From sequence record PQ657784: a stretch of DNA of 64,000 nucleotides; one strand, 5' to 3'. Position 1 is the first letter of the stretch; each line of letters begins with the position of its first letter. This document shows positions 28,531-39,417 of the stretch, in pieces. The position numbers and the translations under genes were made by a program. This DNA is from Escherichia phage EPIMRB01. The notes beneath the pieces were generated by a model that saw only the letters and a program-made list of their open reading frames with translations, searched no databases and was not told where the DNA came from.

Positions 28531-29094
28531 TTACCATTCCAATGCTAGTTTTTTGAGTTGTTTCTGTTCTTTTACGTTCTTAGTCACTTCTTTCAAAAAA
28601 TCATCCGTGACTAAACCTTTTAGTTCTTTTAATACTAAAGGTAGTTTTCCATTTTTAGTAAGAATTGATTTATAGTTAATTGCATCATTTGTATTAACTT
28701 GATACCGCTTAGCAAGTAACTTAATAATCAATACTTCGGTGGAATCTTCAACTAGTTTTGCCCATTTACCATATCTTTTACCACGAGGAACTGCAGCCAT
28801 TAGATAATTAAAATGAGCTTCATCACTTAATCCAGAACCGATTAAATTCATAGCATATACAGCTGGCATGCACTCTGGAAATTGTGATAATGCATTTTCA
28901 ACCATGAATTTTGAATAATCTTTTTGAGCAATAGAGCATTTAGTTTTATTATTAATAGCTCCAATTATTTCAAAAAATTCATTTTCAGCTTTTTCTTTAA
29001 AAGTATCAGCAGCAGATTGGACAGCTGTCCAATCTTTTGAATACCAAGCAACTTGATGCTCGTTTAATTGAATATCATCTTCAAATAAGCTCAT
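28531..29094 (-). CDS. 62: clamp loader small subunit gp62
   Basis: 187 aa from ATG at 29094 ([13 protein letters not shown]). Confidence 0.9.
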   Translation of the reverse strand: MSLFEDDIQLNEHQVAWYSKDWTAVQSAADTFKEKAENEFFEIIGAINNKTKCSIAQKDYSKFMVENALSQFPECMPAVYAMNLIGSGLSDEAHFNYLMAAVPRGKRYGKWAKLVEDSTEVLIIKLLAKRYQVNTNDAINYKSILTKNGKLPLVLKELKGLVTDDFLKEVTKNVKEQKQLKKLALEW

Positions 29095-29095
29095 A

Positions 29096-30055
29096 TCACT
29101 TCCACTGCATTTCACATGCTAATTGAATGAAAAGATAAGCTAAATGTAATTCAGTGTTAGCTGCAATACCATGATACTGATTATTTTCGCCGACAATTTC
29201 GTACATACGAATAATACTCTGTGGAGTTACACGTGAATAGATTTCTTCGGCAAGTTTACCCACGAACCACGAATAATCGGCTGCATATTTTGGTGCTAAA
29301 GCTCTGAGTTGTTTAACATCTTTATTTTTGAGAGACTCAAGAACATCATCAATAGCACCACGATCGTTAGTAACCAGTGATAAAATACCAGCATCCAAAA
29401 CACCTTTAGATGAATAACTATCGAGCTCGCCAATAGTTTTACGAAAATCAGGAAAATTCTTTTTAACCAAAGCTGCTACAACTTTCATATCAGCTATAGC
29501 AATACCTTCATGTTTACAGATTTCAGTCAATCGACGAATCATCTGCTTCATCATTTCAATTTTATCTTCATCGGTCGGTTGACCGAACGTAATAACTCGG
29601 CAGCGTGACTGAAGTGGTTTAATAATACCATCAATATTGTTAGCAGTAATAATAATACTACAGTTTGAACTATAAGCTTCCATAAAGGAACGAAGATGTC
29701 GCTGAGACTCTGCTAATCCTGAACGGTCAAATTCATCAATAACGATTACTTTTTGACGACCATCAAATGAAGCTGCACTCGCAAAATTAGTTAAAGGACC
29801 ACGAACGAAATCAATTTTACAATCTGATCCATTCACAAACATCATGTCAGCATTTACATCATGGCACAATGCTTTTGCCACAGTTGTTTTACCTGTTCCT
29901 GGAGAAGGAGAATGAAGAATAATATGTGGAATCTTACCTTTACTTGTAATAGATTTAAAGGTTTCTTTATCAAAGGCGGGAAGAATACATTCATCGATAG
30001 TAGATGGACGATATTTCTGTTCAAGAATGTGTTCTTTTTCATTTACGGTAATCAT
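29096..30055 (-). CDS. 44: clamp loader large subunit gp44 (AAA+)
   Basis: 319 aa from MITVNEKEH; Walker A SPGTGKTT. Confidence 0.95.
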
Positions 30056-30089
30056 AATTTCCTCATTCAAGTTTTAGTGTAAATTATAA

Positions 30090-30103
30090 AGGGCCGAAGC
30101 CCT
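30090..30103 (-). terminator. UUCG hairpin between genes 45 and 44
   Basis: AGGGC-UUCG-GCCCU then UUUAUAAUUU. Confidence 0.4.
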
Positions 30104-30106
30104 CTA

Positions 30107-30793
30107 TTAAAAATCGTGGGTAGAATCAGCTTCAAGAGCTACTACATAATTCGCGTGTTCACCTTCAAATTTAGCAGCACCTTGTTTACCTTTTGCCCAG
30201 AGCAGAAGTTTATAATTTCCTGGTTGCATTTTCATATTTGCCATATTGATAATGAAATTAAATGTATTTTCACCATCATAATCACCAAGAGTCAAAGAAT
30301 ATTTAACACGGGTCAGAGCAGAATCTTCTACTTTATTAAAACCGTTAATTACGATTTTACCTTCTTTTACCGTGATAGCAATTGTATCAATCTGCAGACC
30401 ACGAGATACACGCAACAGTTGTTGAAGGTCTTCAGCTTTAATTTCAGTAACAACAGATGCTACCGGGAATGGAATTGGTTTATTAGGAGCAACTACTGTA
30501 CTCGGATCGGCTGCTGGCCAAAAAATTGTTGAGCGGGCATCAGCAATTTTAATATTTCCATCTTCTGACTGAGAAATTTCTGCATCATCATTAACTAAAG
30601 ACAGAATACCGAGAAAACCGTTCAAATCGTAAATTGCTACATCAAAATCAATAACGTCAGAAATATTTGCTTCCGCATAAGTTGTACCATTAACTGCGCG
30701 AGTCATAATAAATTGACCGGATTTAAGCATAATACCAGAGTTAATAGTAGCGAAATTTTTCAGCAGAGCAGTAGTATCTTTAGACAGTTTCAT
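30107..30793 (-). CDS. 45: sliding clamp gp45
   Basis: 228 aa as T4 gp45. Confidence 0.95.
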   Translation of the reverse strand: MKLSKDTTALLKNFATINSGIMLKSGQFIMTRAVNGTTYAEANISDVIDFDVAIYDLNGFLGILSLVNDDAEISQSEDGNIKIADARSTIFWPAADPSTVVAPNKPIPFPVASVVTEIKAEDLQQLLRVSRGLQIDTIAITVKEGKIVINGFNKVEDSALTRVKYSLTLGDYDGENTFNFIINMANMKMQPGNYKLLLWAKGKQGAAKFEGEHANYVVALEADSTHDF

Positions 30794-30822
30794 GTAATTT
30801 CCTTCAATTCAAATGAGATTTA

Positions 30823-30847
30823 ATTTTATAACTAATTTAATAAAGCA
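30823..30847 (-). promoter_or_regulatory. MotA-dependent middle promoter upstream of gene 45
   Basis: minus strand TGCTTTA, 12-nt spacer, TAAAAT. Confidence 0.45.
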
Positions 30848-30848
30848 A

Positions 30849-31238
30849 TTAACGATTAAAATCAGCCGCAATTGTTTCCGCAACAATTTGAGCAGCAACA
30901 ATTAGACGTTCATCTGCATTACCACAATAATCATCTTCAAGGCGTTCACCACATGAAGTCATAATAAATTTAGCACCAGCATTTAGAGATTCTGTCGTAT
31001 GTTTGCGCATTAGTTCAATCCATTTATTACTTACTTCACGATCGATAGCTTCATAATATGCATGACGAGCAGGTGCAGATTTAATTTTGTTCTGAATAAT
31101 TTCCATTGCGTTATCAGAAAGAGACAAAACCCATGCTCGACGAATTTTATTTTGGTTTTGCGGATTTGAGTCAGAACGCACGTGTTTTGGCTGAATATCT
31201 TTTACATCAACAGTATAATTCACAGTAATTTTAGTCAT
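30849..31238 (-). CDS. rpbA: RNA polymerase binding protein RpbA
   Basis: 129 aa; position between 45 and 46. Confidence 0.75.
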   Translation of the reverse strand: MTKITVNYTVDVKDIQPKHVRSDSNPQNQNKIRRAWVLSLSDNAMEIIQNKIKSAPARHAYYEAIDREVSNKWIELMRKHTTESLNAGAKFIMTSCGERLEDDYCGNADERLIVAAQIVAETIAADFNR

Positions 31239-31247
31239 AATACACCT

Positions 31248-31436
31248 TTAGTCATAATAATCAGTAACAGTCCAAGCTTCATTTCTATTGGACATTATTT
31301 TTGTATATTCTGCTTTAAATGCATTCCTAAGCATAGATTCAGTAACTATATGCTCTTCATTAGAAAAATTATTTCTCAGAATATATCGTTTTATTTCAGG
31401 AAAAGTTAATAAATGCTGTCCAGTTGAATATTCCAT
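31248..31436 (-). CDS. hypothetical protein (45.2 position)
   Basis: 62-aa ORF. Confidence 0.45.
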   Translation of the reverse strand: MEYSTGQHLLTFPEIKRYILRNNFSNEEHIVTESMLRNAFKAEYTKIMSNRNEAWTVTDYYD

Positions 31437-31491
31437 GTTTTTCCTCCATAGAGATTATACTCTAATAAATTAAAGCATAATCTCTTATAAA

Positions 31492-33174
31492 TTAAACCAT
31501 TACAGTAAATCGACCAACTTTCTTCATTTGAAGATGCTGACCGTATGCTTGCGGGTCATGGTCTCTATGCGAAATAACAAAAACATTAGTATTTTTTAAA
31601 CTATCTAAAATAGTTGAAATAGCTTTTACACCTTCAACGTCGGTCGCTGAATCAAAAACTTCATCAAGAATTAGTGTGTTTATTTTAACACCTGAAACTT
31701 TTTCAGCAATATCACGCCAAGTAAATAAAAGAGCAATATCAATTCGCGCTTTTTCACCTTGACTGAATGAAGCATAACTAAAATCTTCACGACCACGGGA
31801 TTTAATTGTCTCATTAAATTCTTCATCTAATGTAAACACATAATCCGCTTCCATTATTTTAAGATAATGGTTAATCTGCTTATTAAATAATGGAATGTAC
31901 TTTTTAATAATAGCACCTTTAATACCAGAATCTTTGAGCATATCAGTCAAAATTCCTCGGTGGTATTTTTCCATTACTAAATTAGTTTTTGTCTTAACAA
32001 TTTTATCAAGTTCTTCTTGAAGCAGTGCTATTTCATCAGCATGGTCAATAAACTCAGAAGATGCTTTTTCTATAGCTGCTTTAACTTTTTTAGCTTTATC
32101 TACCGTCGTAATTAGAGATTGCTTTTTATTGCGAATATCATTTGCCAACGACTGCTGGGTTTTAATATTATCTCGGTATTCATCAACAAGAACTTTTAAA
32201 TTATCACGGTGTGTTGAAAGCTGTTCAAACGAATGCGTGCATTCAGAAACTTTATCTTTAATTTTAGAAACAACTTTATCACCGGAACTCAATTGTGACA
32301 AACAGGTTGGACATAATCCACCTTCGTGATACATATTAATGACTTTATTATACGAGTCAATTTTTGATTTAATTAAAACTGCTTCTTGACCGATTTTATT
32401 AAATGCATCAGTCGGGTCTTCGTCTAAAACAATATTAACTAATCTTTCATTAGCTTCTTCTATTTCCGATTTTAGCGTTCTAGCTTCTTTTGCCAAATCA
32501 TCATACATATTTTGCAGACGAGTAAGATTGTCACCCGTTAATTTTTTCTGGCGTTCAACGTTATCATTATATATTTTAATTTGTTGGATAATACTATCTT
32601 TTTTAACATCAAGCACTTGGTTTTGTGAATTTAATTCACGTATTAGTGCTTTATTAAGCTTATCCATTTCAGCTAATGTTCCTACCTCAAGCAGGTCTTC
32701 CACAAGCTTTCTTCGTGCAGGGGTCGACAAACCCATGAAAGGGGTATACCCTGCTGTACCAAGGACAACAATCTGCTTGAAACTGGCATATGACATTCCG
32801 ATAAGCTGTTCAAATTCTGCTTGGAAATCTTTACTGCTGGCAGATTCATTAAGACGTGTACCGTTAACGGTGATTTCGAAAACGTTTGGTTTTTGTCCTC
32901 TTTTGATATAGTACTTTTTCTCATCATATTCCATCCACAGTTCAACTAAAAGTTCTTTCTTATTTGTGCTGTTTATTAATTGACCTTTCTTTACATCACG
33001 AAATGGTTTGCCAAAAAGCCCAAATGTGATGGCTTCTAACATAGTAGACTTACCACCGCCATTTCGGCCAGTAATAAGAGTTTTTTGAACCTTATCTAAT
33101 TGAATGTCAATAGGATTTCCACCTACTGACATTATATTTTGATACCTAACTCGGTTTAGTTTAAAATTCTTCAC
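31492..33174 (-). CDS. 46: recombination endonuclease subunit gp46 (SbcC/Rad50-like)
   Basis: 560 aa as T4 gp46; Walker A GRNGGGKST, coiled-coil with CPTC zinc hook. Confidence 0.95.
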   Translation of the reverse strand: MKNFKLNRVRYQNIMSVGGNPIDIQLDKVQKTLITGRNGGGKSTMLEAITFGLFGKPFRDVKKGQLINSTNKKELLVELWMEYDEKKYYIKRGQKPNVFEITVNGTRLNESASSKDFQAEFEQLIGMSYASFKQIVVLGTAGYTPFMGLSTPARRKLVEDLLEVGTLAEMDKLNKALIRELNSQNQVLDVKKDSIIQQIKIYNDNVERQKKLTGDNLTRLQNMYDDLAKEARTLKSEIEEANERLVNIVLDEDPTDAFNKIGQEAVLIKSKIDSYNKVINMYHEGGLCPTCLSQLSSGDKVVSKIKDKVSECTHSFEQLSTHRDNLKVLVDEYRDNIKTQQSLANDIRNKKQSLITTVDKAKKVKAAIEKASSEFIDHADEIALLQEELDKIVKTKTNLVMEKYHRGILTDMLKDSGIKGAIIKKYIPLFNKQINHYLKIMEADYVFTLDEEFNETIKSRGREDFSYASFSQGEKARIDIALLFTWRDIAEKVSGVKINTLILDEVFDSATDVEGVKAISTILDSLKNTNVFVISHRDHDPQAYGQHLQMKKVGRFTVMV

Positions 33175-33386
33175 AAAAGATTCCTTTTAATGTATCTTTT
33201 AGACCATTCTATCATATCATCATAATCTAAAAAGTATTCATCAAATTCAGCCATGCAAACAACACCTTGTGCTGCTTTTGATGTGATATAAATTATTCCA
33301 ACATATCTAGAATCTTCTTCGGTGTAATCAATATTTGCTATGAATTCATCATTAATGTCAAATGTCGAAAACTTCACAGTATGCAT
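33171..33386 (-). CDS. hypothetical protein (46.1 position)
   Basis: ORF overlapping 46.2; start uncertain (ATG at 33386 or 33434), no clear SD. Confidence 0.35.
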   Translation of the reverse strand: MHTVKFSTFDINDEFIANIDYTEEDSRYVGIIYITSKAAQGVVCMAEFDEYFLDYDDMIEWSKRYIKRNLL

Positions 33387-33621
33387 CCTTAATACAAGAT
33401 ACAGCCATATCTTGTAATGATTTAGGTGTGTCATTATCTAAAATGTTGAAGTTAAAAGATACAGCCCAGTCAGTGCAGACTGTAACCTTTTTAATACAAT
33501 TATCTTCAACCTCTAACGGTTCAAACCAATATTCAATAATTTCTTTATGCCCAATATCATCTTTTACTTCGCATTCAAAATGCTGACTCATCATAACATT
33601 TTTAAATTCATCAAAAGTCAT
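33358..33621 (-). CDS. hypothetical protein (46.2 position)
   Basis: 87-aa ORF, ATGA overlap with gp47 stop. Confidence 0.5.
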   Translation of the reverse strand: MTFDEFKNVMMSQHFECEVKDDIGHKEIIEYWFEPLEVEDNCIKKVTVCTDWAVSFNFNILDNDTPKSLQDMAVSCIKDAYCEVFDI

Positions 33622-34637
33622 TGTGTTGCCTCTACATATAGCTGGTTTGCATATTGAATAAGTGCTTCACGGTCAGAATCAGTGATGTCTGGAATTGCAT
33701 TAATGTATTCTTCCATCAACGTCTGAAGAGATTGAACTTCAACTTCTTCACTTTCATCTGACTCGACAGAGTTATCAATTTTTGACACAACTCGTAATGA
33801 ATGCACAACTTTTTCTAGTTCAGATTCGAACTTCGTCAGATTTTTGTCTACTTCAGTTACTATAACACGTACTGATAGATTTGTAAAATCTTTATAGTCA
33901 ATTTTTCCTTTAAATGGATAATGAATTCTACGATGCCAGGTAGTATTGTTTGGAATAAATTCCATTCGTTCTGTTTCTGTATCAAACATCCAGAACCCGC
34001 GAGGGTCATTCTCGTCACCTGCAGTTAGTGTCCATGGTGTCCCAATATATCTGACGTTAGCAGCCTCAGAGATAGTATGGAAGTGACCAGACCACACTTC
34101 TTTATAAGTCTTAAGGAAATCAGGTTCAAGACCGTGAGATTTCATTCCTTTATAAAAATAAAATCCGTTCAGTTCCCAGTGACCAACGCAAAAAGAAGCA
34201 GATGAAGTTTTGATGTGTTCAAGAATTTCACCAGTATTTTCTTCACACATCCAAGGAATTAAATCAATTAAACATCCGTCAAAATCTACTGTAGTAGGCT
34301 TATCATACACTTTAACATTAGGATATTTAGCCAAAAGCTCAGTAGAGGCATTTGGAGTTAAAGTATTTTTAAAGTGCATATCATGGTTTCCTACAACAGT
34401 ATGTAGGGTAATACCAGCATCATCAAGCATTTGAACTATTTCACGAGCAAACTCCATAGTTTTATGCGTGATTGCTTTTCGCACATCAAAAATATCGCCG
34501 TATTGAATCCAGGTAGTAATTCCATTTTTCTTAGAATATTCTATTGCTTGTTTAATTCCATCCAACTGAATGGATTGAACCCACTCATCGTCGGCTTTAA
34601 CACCTAAATGCCAATCACCTAAATTTAAAATTTTCAT
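33618..34637 (-). CDS. 47: recombination nuclease subunit gp47 (SbcD/Mre11-like)
   Basis: 339 aa as T4 gp47; phosphoesterase motifs (GDWH, GNHD). Confidence 0.95.
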   Translation of the reverse strand: MKILNLGDWHLGVKADDEWVQSIQLDGIKQAIEYSKKNGITTWIQYGDIFDVRKAITHKTMEFAREIVQMLDDAGITLHTVVGNHDMHFKNTLTPNASTELLAKYPNVKVYDKPTTVDFDGCLIDLIPWMCEENTGEILEHIKTSSASFCVGHWELNGFYFYKGMKSHGLEPDFLKTYKEVWSGHFHTISEAANVRYIGTPWTLTAGDENDPRGFWMFDTETERMEFIPNNTTWHRRIHYPFKGKIDYKDFTNLSVRVIVTEVDKNLTKFESELEKVVHSLRVVSKIDNSVESDESEEVEVQSLQTLMEEYINAIPDITDSDREALIQYANQLYVEATQ

Positions 34638-34774
34638 ATATCAAGAACCGTCATTGAAATGCAAAATAAAATTATTGAAATAAACCCATCTGGTGTGCTA
34701 AAGAACCCAATCCAACATGCTCTAGTGAATAGATAAAATGCAAGAAAAAGTATCACATATCCAAGAAATATCAT
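34634..34774 (-). CDS. hypothetical small membrane peptide
   Basis: 46-aa hydrophobic ORF read by hand; GGAG SD; overlaps gp47 start. Confidence 0.35.
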   Translation of the reverse strand: MIFLGYVILFLAFYLFTRACWIGFFSTPDGFISIILFCISMTVLDI

Positions 34775-34797
34775 TATATCAAACTCCGTATAAAGCT

Positions 34798-34815
34798 AAA
34801 GGGCCGAAGCCCTTT
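34798..34815 (-). terminator. UUCG hairpin overlapping alpha-gt stop
   Basis: AAAGGGC-UUCG-GCCCUUU; flank shared with the hairpin at 4317. Confidence 0.4.
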
Positions 34816-36016
34816 ATTTTGTAATAATGTCAAACTGTTCTTTAAAGCAGAAGCTTGAATCTTGATGCTGATACAAAAATTCATATGCTTTTTCTCGCTC
34901 ACGGTCATAAAGAGTTCGATCAGATGACAGTTCTTTAATACGTTCAAATGTTGATTCCATGTCATTTTCATCAAACCAAATGATACCGCTATCATGCGAG
35001 GTCAAAGGAGTATTATCAACACGGAATTTTAAATTTTCGCCAGTAGATTTCCAAAATACCGGAATTGTTCCACATGCACCAAGCTCGAGATGAGTATATT
35101 CTAAAGAACGTTGTAGATATTTTTTGTCCAACTTACTCAGCTGATAACCAAATCCGGATTTACTCATACGTTCAAGCATTTCGCTATTTACATAACGGTC
35201 AAGAATTTGCGTTGGCAAATTAGGAGCAATTTTAATTTGGTCTACTTGATGAAGACGATAATACTCGTATGGAATTCCTTTTTCTTTAATAGGAATGAAC
35301 GCTGGAGAACGTTCCAGACCTTCCATAATAGTACTTAGTCCTGCAGGTTTAAGATGTTTTTCATGAAAATCAAACATCTGATAAAAACCTTTCCATGTAG
35401 TCGTACGACCAATCCAACGGTTGATATTCATGTTAATTTCAGAAACATCTTTCCAGTAGGTTGACCGAACCTTCGCAATATCCATAGGAGGCTGAAAGTT
35501 ATATACTGTCGGTGCTTCTTCAATATCATCAAACAGAGAAACTGTTTCAGGATACCATTCTTTCATCAGAACTTTATTAAAATCACCATTATCAGAATGG
35601 CTAAAAATAACATCAGCTCGACGAACAGTTTCTTCTAATCCCAAATTTCGGCGCAAAGAAAGAGAAGAATGGTCATGTTGATAAACTACAACACGAACAG
35701 AAGGTTTAATGTTATCAATAATTTTTTTATAGTTATTAATAGTGTCTTCTTCAACCGAAGTAGCAGGAACTGAATTGATAATTAGAATATCACAATCATT
35801 TACCAGCTTAAGTGTTTTATCATATTCTTTTGCCAATAAAACCGGAATTGAAAATGATTTATAATCATGCGCGCAATTACGAGTAAATGATTTATCTTTA
35901 GCATAAACCAAAGTTACTTCATGACCATTTTTAATAAACCAATCACGTTGCTCGAGTGAGAATTTTGTTACACCACAACCTTCAAGACCTCGAGCCATAA
36001 AAATACATACTTTCAT
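34814..36016 (-). CDS. a-gt: alpha-glucosyltransferase
   Basis: 400 aa as T4 alpha-gt; position after gene 47. Confidence 0.85.
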   Translation of the reverse strand: MKVCIFMARGLEGCGVTKFSLEQRDWFIKNGHEVTLVYAKDKSFTRNCAHDYKSFSIPVLLAKEYDKTLKLVNDCDILIINSVPATSVEEDTINNYKKIIDNIKPSVRVVVYQHDHSSLSLRRNLGLEETVRRADVIFSHSDNGDFNKVLMKEWYPETVSLFDDIEEAPTVYNFQPPMDIAKVRSTYWKDVSEINMNINRWIGRTTTWKGFYQMFDFHEKHLKPAGLSTIMEGLERSPAFIPIKEKGIPYEYYRLHQVDQIKIAPNLPTQILDRYVNSEMLERMSKSGFGYQLSKLDKKYLQRSLEYTHLELGACGTIPVFWKSTGENLKFRVDNTPLTSHDSGIIWFDENDMESTFERIKELSSDRTLYDREREKAYEFLYQHQDSSFCFKEQFDIITK

Positions 36017-36067
36017 TTAATATCCTCTTTGTTTTGGTTTATTTTACCAAAAATTTATAAAGCAATA

Positions 36068-36085
36068 TAGGAGCCGAAGCTCCTA
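36068..36085 (-). terminator. UUCG hairpin upstream of alpha-gt
   Basis: UAGGAGC-UUCG-GCUCCUA. Confidence 0.4.
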
Positions 36086-36259
36086 TCCACATAATACGCC
36101 ATACAGAGGCTCATTAGAACTTTTAAATTTTATGCGCTTATATTTTATAGTTCCTTCTGCTTTAGCTTTATCATGAGACTCTTTAAAGCGTCTCATCATT
36201 TCCTCTTTAGAGGAACGAATTTTATTATAATCTATTTCAGAAGTCTGGGTGTTCATCTT

Positions 36260-36466
36260 TCATAACTGCCACCATTTTTTGACTTGATAAGAATCAACCC
36301 ACACTTTCATATTAGGGTCTGCTCTTACAATAGGAGGATTAACTTCTTTAATTGAACTATCATGGTATTCTTTTTCAGAAATTTTCACACAAAGATGACC
36401 ATTCAAAGATTCAGTAAATCCTGCATTAATTTTAAGACGCTTGAATTTTACGTGTGTAAGCATCAA
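36260..36466 (-). CDS. hypothetical protein
   Basis: 68-aa ORF. Confidence 0.4.
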   Translation of the reverse strand: MMLTHVKFKRLKINAGFTESLNGHLCVKISEKEYHDSSIKEVNPPIVRADPNMKVWVDSYQVKKWWQL

Positions 36467-36749
36467 TCATATCCTCAATTTGCGATCTAGTAGTCTTCCA
36501 AAGAATACTGATGAGTTCATCGTTATATGGCTGTTTTAGAATATCCCGACTTTTCTTGATAGCATATTCGTATTGAGCAAAATTATTGTTTTCAGCTGCA
36601 ATCTGAGCGTGCTTATAAAGACGATTCAGTTCGCGTTTGTTTTTAGACAATAACTTATTTGCTTTTCTTTCTGCTTCAAGACGGTTCTTTTCTTCAATAG
36701 AAGAAATAAGCTTTTCCACTTCATCATTAATTTCGGGTTTATCAGTCAT
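36432..36749 (-). CDS. hypothetical protein
   Basis: 105-aa ORF. Confidence 0.45.
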   Translation of the reverse strand: MTDKPEINDEVEKLISSIEEKNRLEAERKANKLLSKNKRELNRLYKHAQIAAENNNFAQYEYAIKKSRDILKQPYNDELISILWKTTRSQIEDMIDAYTRKIQAS

Positions 36750-36750
36750 A

Positions 36751-36969
36751 TTATTTCTCTAATATAAAATAAAAATCATCATCTGTTAAATGATACCTGT
36801 AATTTAATTCTACACCATTAGATTTAAAAGCGGTATCATACGGATTTTCTGGATCAATATCAATGTCAAGAGCTAAAACTTCCCTGAGATACATTTTAAG
36901 TAAATAGGGAATAGCTTCAACTTCAGGTATTTCTTCCAAGAATCCGGAGAGGTTAATCGTTAGCCTCAT
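36751..36969 (-). CDS. hypothetical protein
   Basis: 72-aa ORF. Confidence 0.45.
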
Positions 36970-37510
36970 ATAAAAAATCCAAACTAGGAGAATCGTCTAC
37001 AACACTTTTCTTTTCAGCCCCCGGTGTTCTATAGGTTGATTCTTCGTAATGCGTCATTTTATCATAGATGTCTTGAATAAAAGTTTCATCTACTAACGCA
37101 ACCATATCGTCGTCACGGCTGTCATAGACATTGTGAACGAAGTAACTATATTTCTTTGCAACTTCCTTACGTTCTTTTTTAATACGCTGGACGAATGCAT
37201 TAAAACAAGCTTGAGTTATATACGCATGTGGGTTTTTATATTTCGTTTCATCAAAATTGTGAAGCCCCTTAATAGAAGCTTCTATACCATCTGCAATCAT
37301 TTCTTGTTTCCAAGACTGGGTGTATCCTGAAAAGTTGAAACGTTTAGATAAGCCTTCTGCAATAAGCATAATGGCTAATCCGATAGTATCATTCTGACGA
37401 ACTACTTTATTTGGGTCTTTATTATTTGCTAATTCTGTTTTCCAATCAATAATAGCTTGTAAAAGCTCTTTATTGTTTACGTAATTATATTTAGGCTTAG
37501 TTTCTGACAT
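36953..37510 (-). CDS. 55: late sigma factor gp55
   Basis: 185 aa from ATG at 37510 ([20 protein letters not shown]) with GAGGTG SD. Confidence 0.9.
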
Positions 37511-37588
37511 TTTCACCTCTTAGCTCAATTCATAGATCTATTATATCATAATATTTGAAGATCTATCTTAAAGCATAGAGGATATCAG

Positions 37589-37858
37589 TTATCTAAGTAA
37601 ACAGTATGCTTGGAATACTTTTTCCATCATCTTTTTAAATTCATGAATATCTATATAATGACTAGTTAGATCAGCATGATATAAAAAGTCTAAAAACTTT
37701 TCATGTGTACTAACATATTCACTTTCATTTAATTCAGAAACATGGCTTTCCCAATATCCAACACCAGTCTTATTTGGGAAAAATGAAATTTTCATGTATT
37801 GGTCAACATAGAAAATGCCATAATTTTCAATAGTAATAGAAATATTAATAAATTTCAT
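37589..37858 (-). CDS. hypothetical protein
   Basis: 89-aa ORF. Confidence 0.45.
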   Translation of the reverse strand: MKFINISITIENYGIFYVDQYMKISFFPNKTGVGYWESHVSELNESEYVSTHEKFLDFLYHADLTSHYIDIHEFKKMMEKVFQAYCLLR

Positions 37859-38070
37859 ACATTCATCAACTTAGCCGCTTCAAGAGCTGCATCTAGTGAA
37901 TCAAATTGGTCAACGTATTCAATCAATTCGCCATAATTGGCATATAACCACCATTGGCTAAATTCATACTCAAGGATGAATCCGTTTCCTTCAATTTGAG
38001 TTAAACCAATGCCATTTGTATTTACTTCATATCCAGCAAGACGCAAATCGTTAATAAGAGCTTCGTTCAT
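37855..38070 (-). CDS. hypothetical protein
   Basis: 71-aa ORF. Confidence 0.45.
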   Translation of the reverse strand: MNEALINDLRLAGYEVNTNGIGLTQIEGNGFILEYEFSQWWLYANYGELIEYVDQFDSLDAALEAAKLMNV

Positions 38071-38072
38071 AA

Positions 38073-38399
38073 TTATACCTTAGTAATTTTCAGGTCTGCA
38101 AATTTTTTCTTGCGTTGATTTTTCATGCGACGAATAGTTTTATCGGAAATTTCATGCTTTTGATAAGCTTTAGATTCTACACCAAAAGCTTTAACATCAA
38201 ATTCTGACAAGATATATTGAACCAACAATTCACGGACAGTATTGCGTCCAATCTTCTGATCATTCTGTTTCATCGTCTGATGAAGCTCTTTTTCCCATTT
38301 ATCCAAAATTTGAGGAGTTACAATATCGCCTTTTTCTAGCAAAGAAACTACTTTATCATATGCGTAAGAATTAATGACGTTTTTAATTTGAATAGTCAT
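38073..38399 (-). CDS. hypothetical protein
   Basis: 108-aa ORF. Confidence 0.5.
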   Translation of the reverse strand: MTIQIKNVINSYAYDKVVSLLEKGDIVTPQILDKWEKELHQTMKQNDQKIGRNTVRELLVQYILSEFDVKAFGVESKAYQKHEISDKTIRRMKNQRKKKFADLKITKV

Positions 38400-38437
38400 A
38401 CATTATCCTCAATTACGTTAAAATTTTATTATCCAAA

Positions 38438-38453
38438 AAGGGCCGAAGCCCTT
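38438..38453 (-). terminator. terminator-like UUCG hairpin
   Basis: AAGGGC-UUCG-GCCCUU then U-rich tract. Confidence 0.5.
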
Positions 38454-38652
38454 AGCTAAACTTTTTGGCACCCTTCCAGCCTTCATACATCATTGCGGCT
38501 GATATTAATATTGCTCCTGAGCAACTTGAATATTTGTGATTCCAAAACCAGTTTAGAAAAACTTCATCATCAATACCTTGGGCTATCATATTTTCAAAGA
38601 ACTGACGACGAGATTCGGCAATTCGTTGTGATAATTTAGATTCAGGATTCAT
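38452..38652 (-). CDS. hypothetical protein
   Basis: 66-aa ORF. Confidence 0.45.
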   Translation of the reverse strand: MNPESKLSQRIAESRRQFFENMIAQGIDDEVFLNWFWNHKYSSCSGAILISAAMMYEGWKGAKKFS

Positions 38653-38784
38653 TTAAATTTTCCAGTTACCGTTTTCATCAATAAATTTAATCCAGTCATT
38701 TACTGACCACTTAGTTGTATCACCTTTTGGAGTAACATTTAAAGTGTATAACCCCTGCTTAAAAAGCATTCGTTTGATATTCAT
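38653..38784 (-). CDS. hypothetical small protein
   Basis: 43 aa from ATG at 38784 with GAGGA SD; track ORF start overlaps upstream gene. Confidence 0.35.
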   Translation of the reverse strand: MNIKRMLFKQGLYTLNVTPKGDTTKWSVNDWIKFIDENGNWKI

Positions 38785-38791
38785 AATTTCC

Positions 38792-39085
38792 TCAGCTATA
38801 ACGATAACACTCGTTTGATTTACGTTTAGCAACTCGTTGAGAAGTATTATAATCAAAATCATCGTCAATGTAAACTGATTTTTTCAACTTTCTTACTTCA
38901 CCACGTAATTGGCGATTTAGCTCATCTTTAACTTCTGAATCAATACCTTTCATTCTACGCCATTTATCTGAGCGAAAAATGTTTTCAACCATATCTTTAT
39001 GACTTACCCCATCAGGAGCTTTACGCTTTCCGAAATAGTCATAATCACGCACTTTTAAGTCTTTACGACGATACGTTTTACCCAT
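38792..39085 (-). CDS. hypothetical basic protein
   Basis: 97 aa from ATG at 39085 with AAGGA SD. Confidence 0.4.
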   Translation of the reverse strand: MGKTYRRKDLKVRDYDYFGKRKAPDGVSHKDMVENIFRSDKWRRMKGIDSEVKDELNRQLRGEVRKLKKSVYIDDDFDYNTSQRVAKRKSNECYRYS

Positions 39086-39260
39086 GGAGTTTAATTTCCT
39101 TAGCAACTGAACTAAATACAGCACGATCACAAATCATCTGTTTATGTAACTTGAGTATAAGATAATAAACTTCAAAACCGTTTACATAAGTAACACGAAC
39201 AACATTACCATTAATAAAATAATATTGTCCCTTTTTAATCTCTTTATCAACCACAACCAT
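39078..39260 (-). CDS. hypothetical protein
   Basis: 60-aa ORF downstream of an early promoter. Confidence 0.4.
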   Translation of the reverse strand: MVVVDKEIKKGQYYFINGNVVRVTYVNGFEVYYLILKLHKQMICDRAVFSSVAKEIKLHG

Positions 39261-39290
39261 ATCAAATCCTCAAAGGCAATTCATATGTTA

Positions 39291-39320
39291 ATAATACCAC
39301 AGTTTGAACTTGTTGTAAAC
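39291..39320 (-). promoter_or_regulatory. early promoter
   Basis: GTTTAC-N18-TATTAT just downstream of nrdH terminator hairpin. Confidence 0.5.
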
Positions 39321-39400
39321 AACTTTGTGAAATTATTTTAGGGAATGATAAGAAGGGAACGATAGCTTAGAATGGTAATATACAGAATGTGAGAAAGAAA

Positions 39401-39413
39401 GGCCCAGAGGGCC
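39401..39413 (-). terminator. terminator-like hairpin downstream of nrdH
   Basis: GGGCC-CUC-UGGGCC-type GC palindrome then UUUCUUUCUC. Confidence 0.45.
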
Positions 39414-39417
39414 CGTC

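Noticed and set aside
34774-34995. Minus-strand 73-aa ORF overlapping the 3' end of alpha-gt
   Set aside because: Lies almost entirely inside alpha-gt in another frame; the hand-read 46-aa ORF at 34634-34774 fits the intergenic space better.
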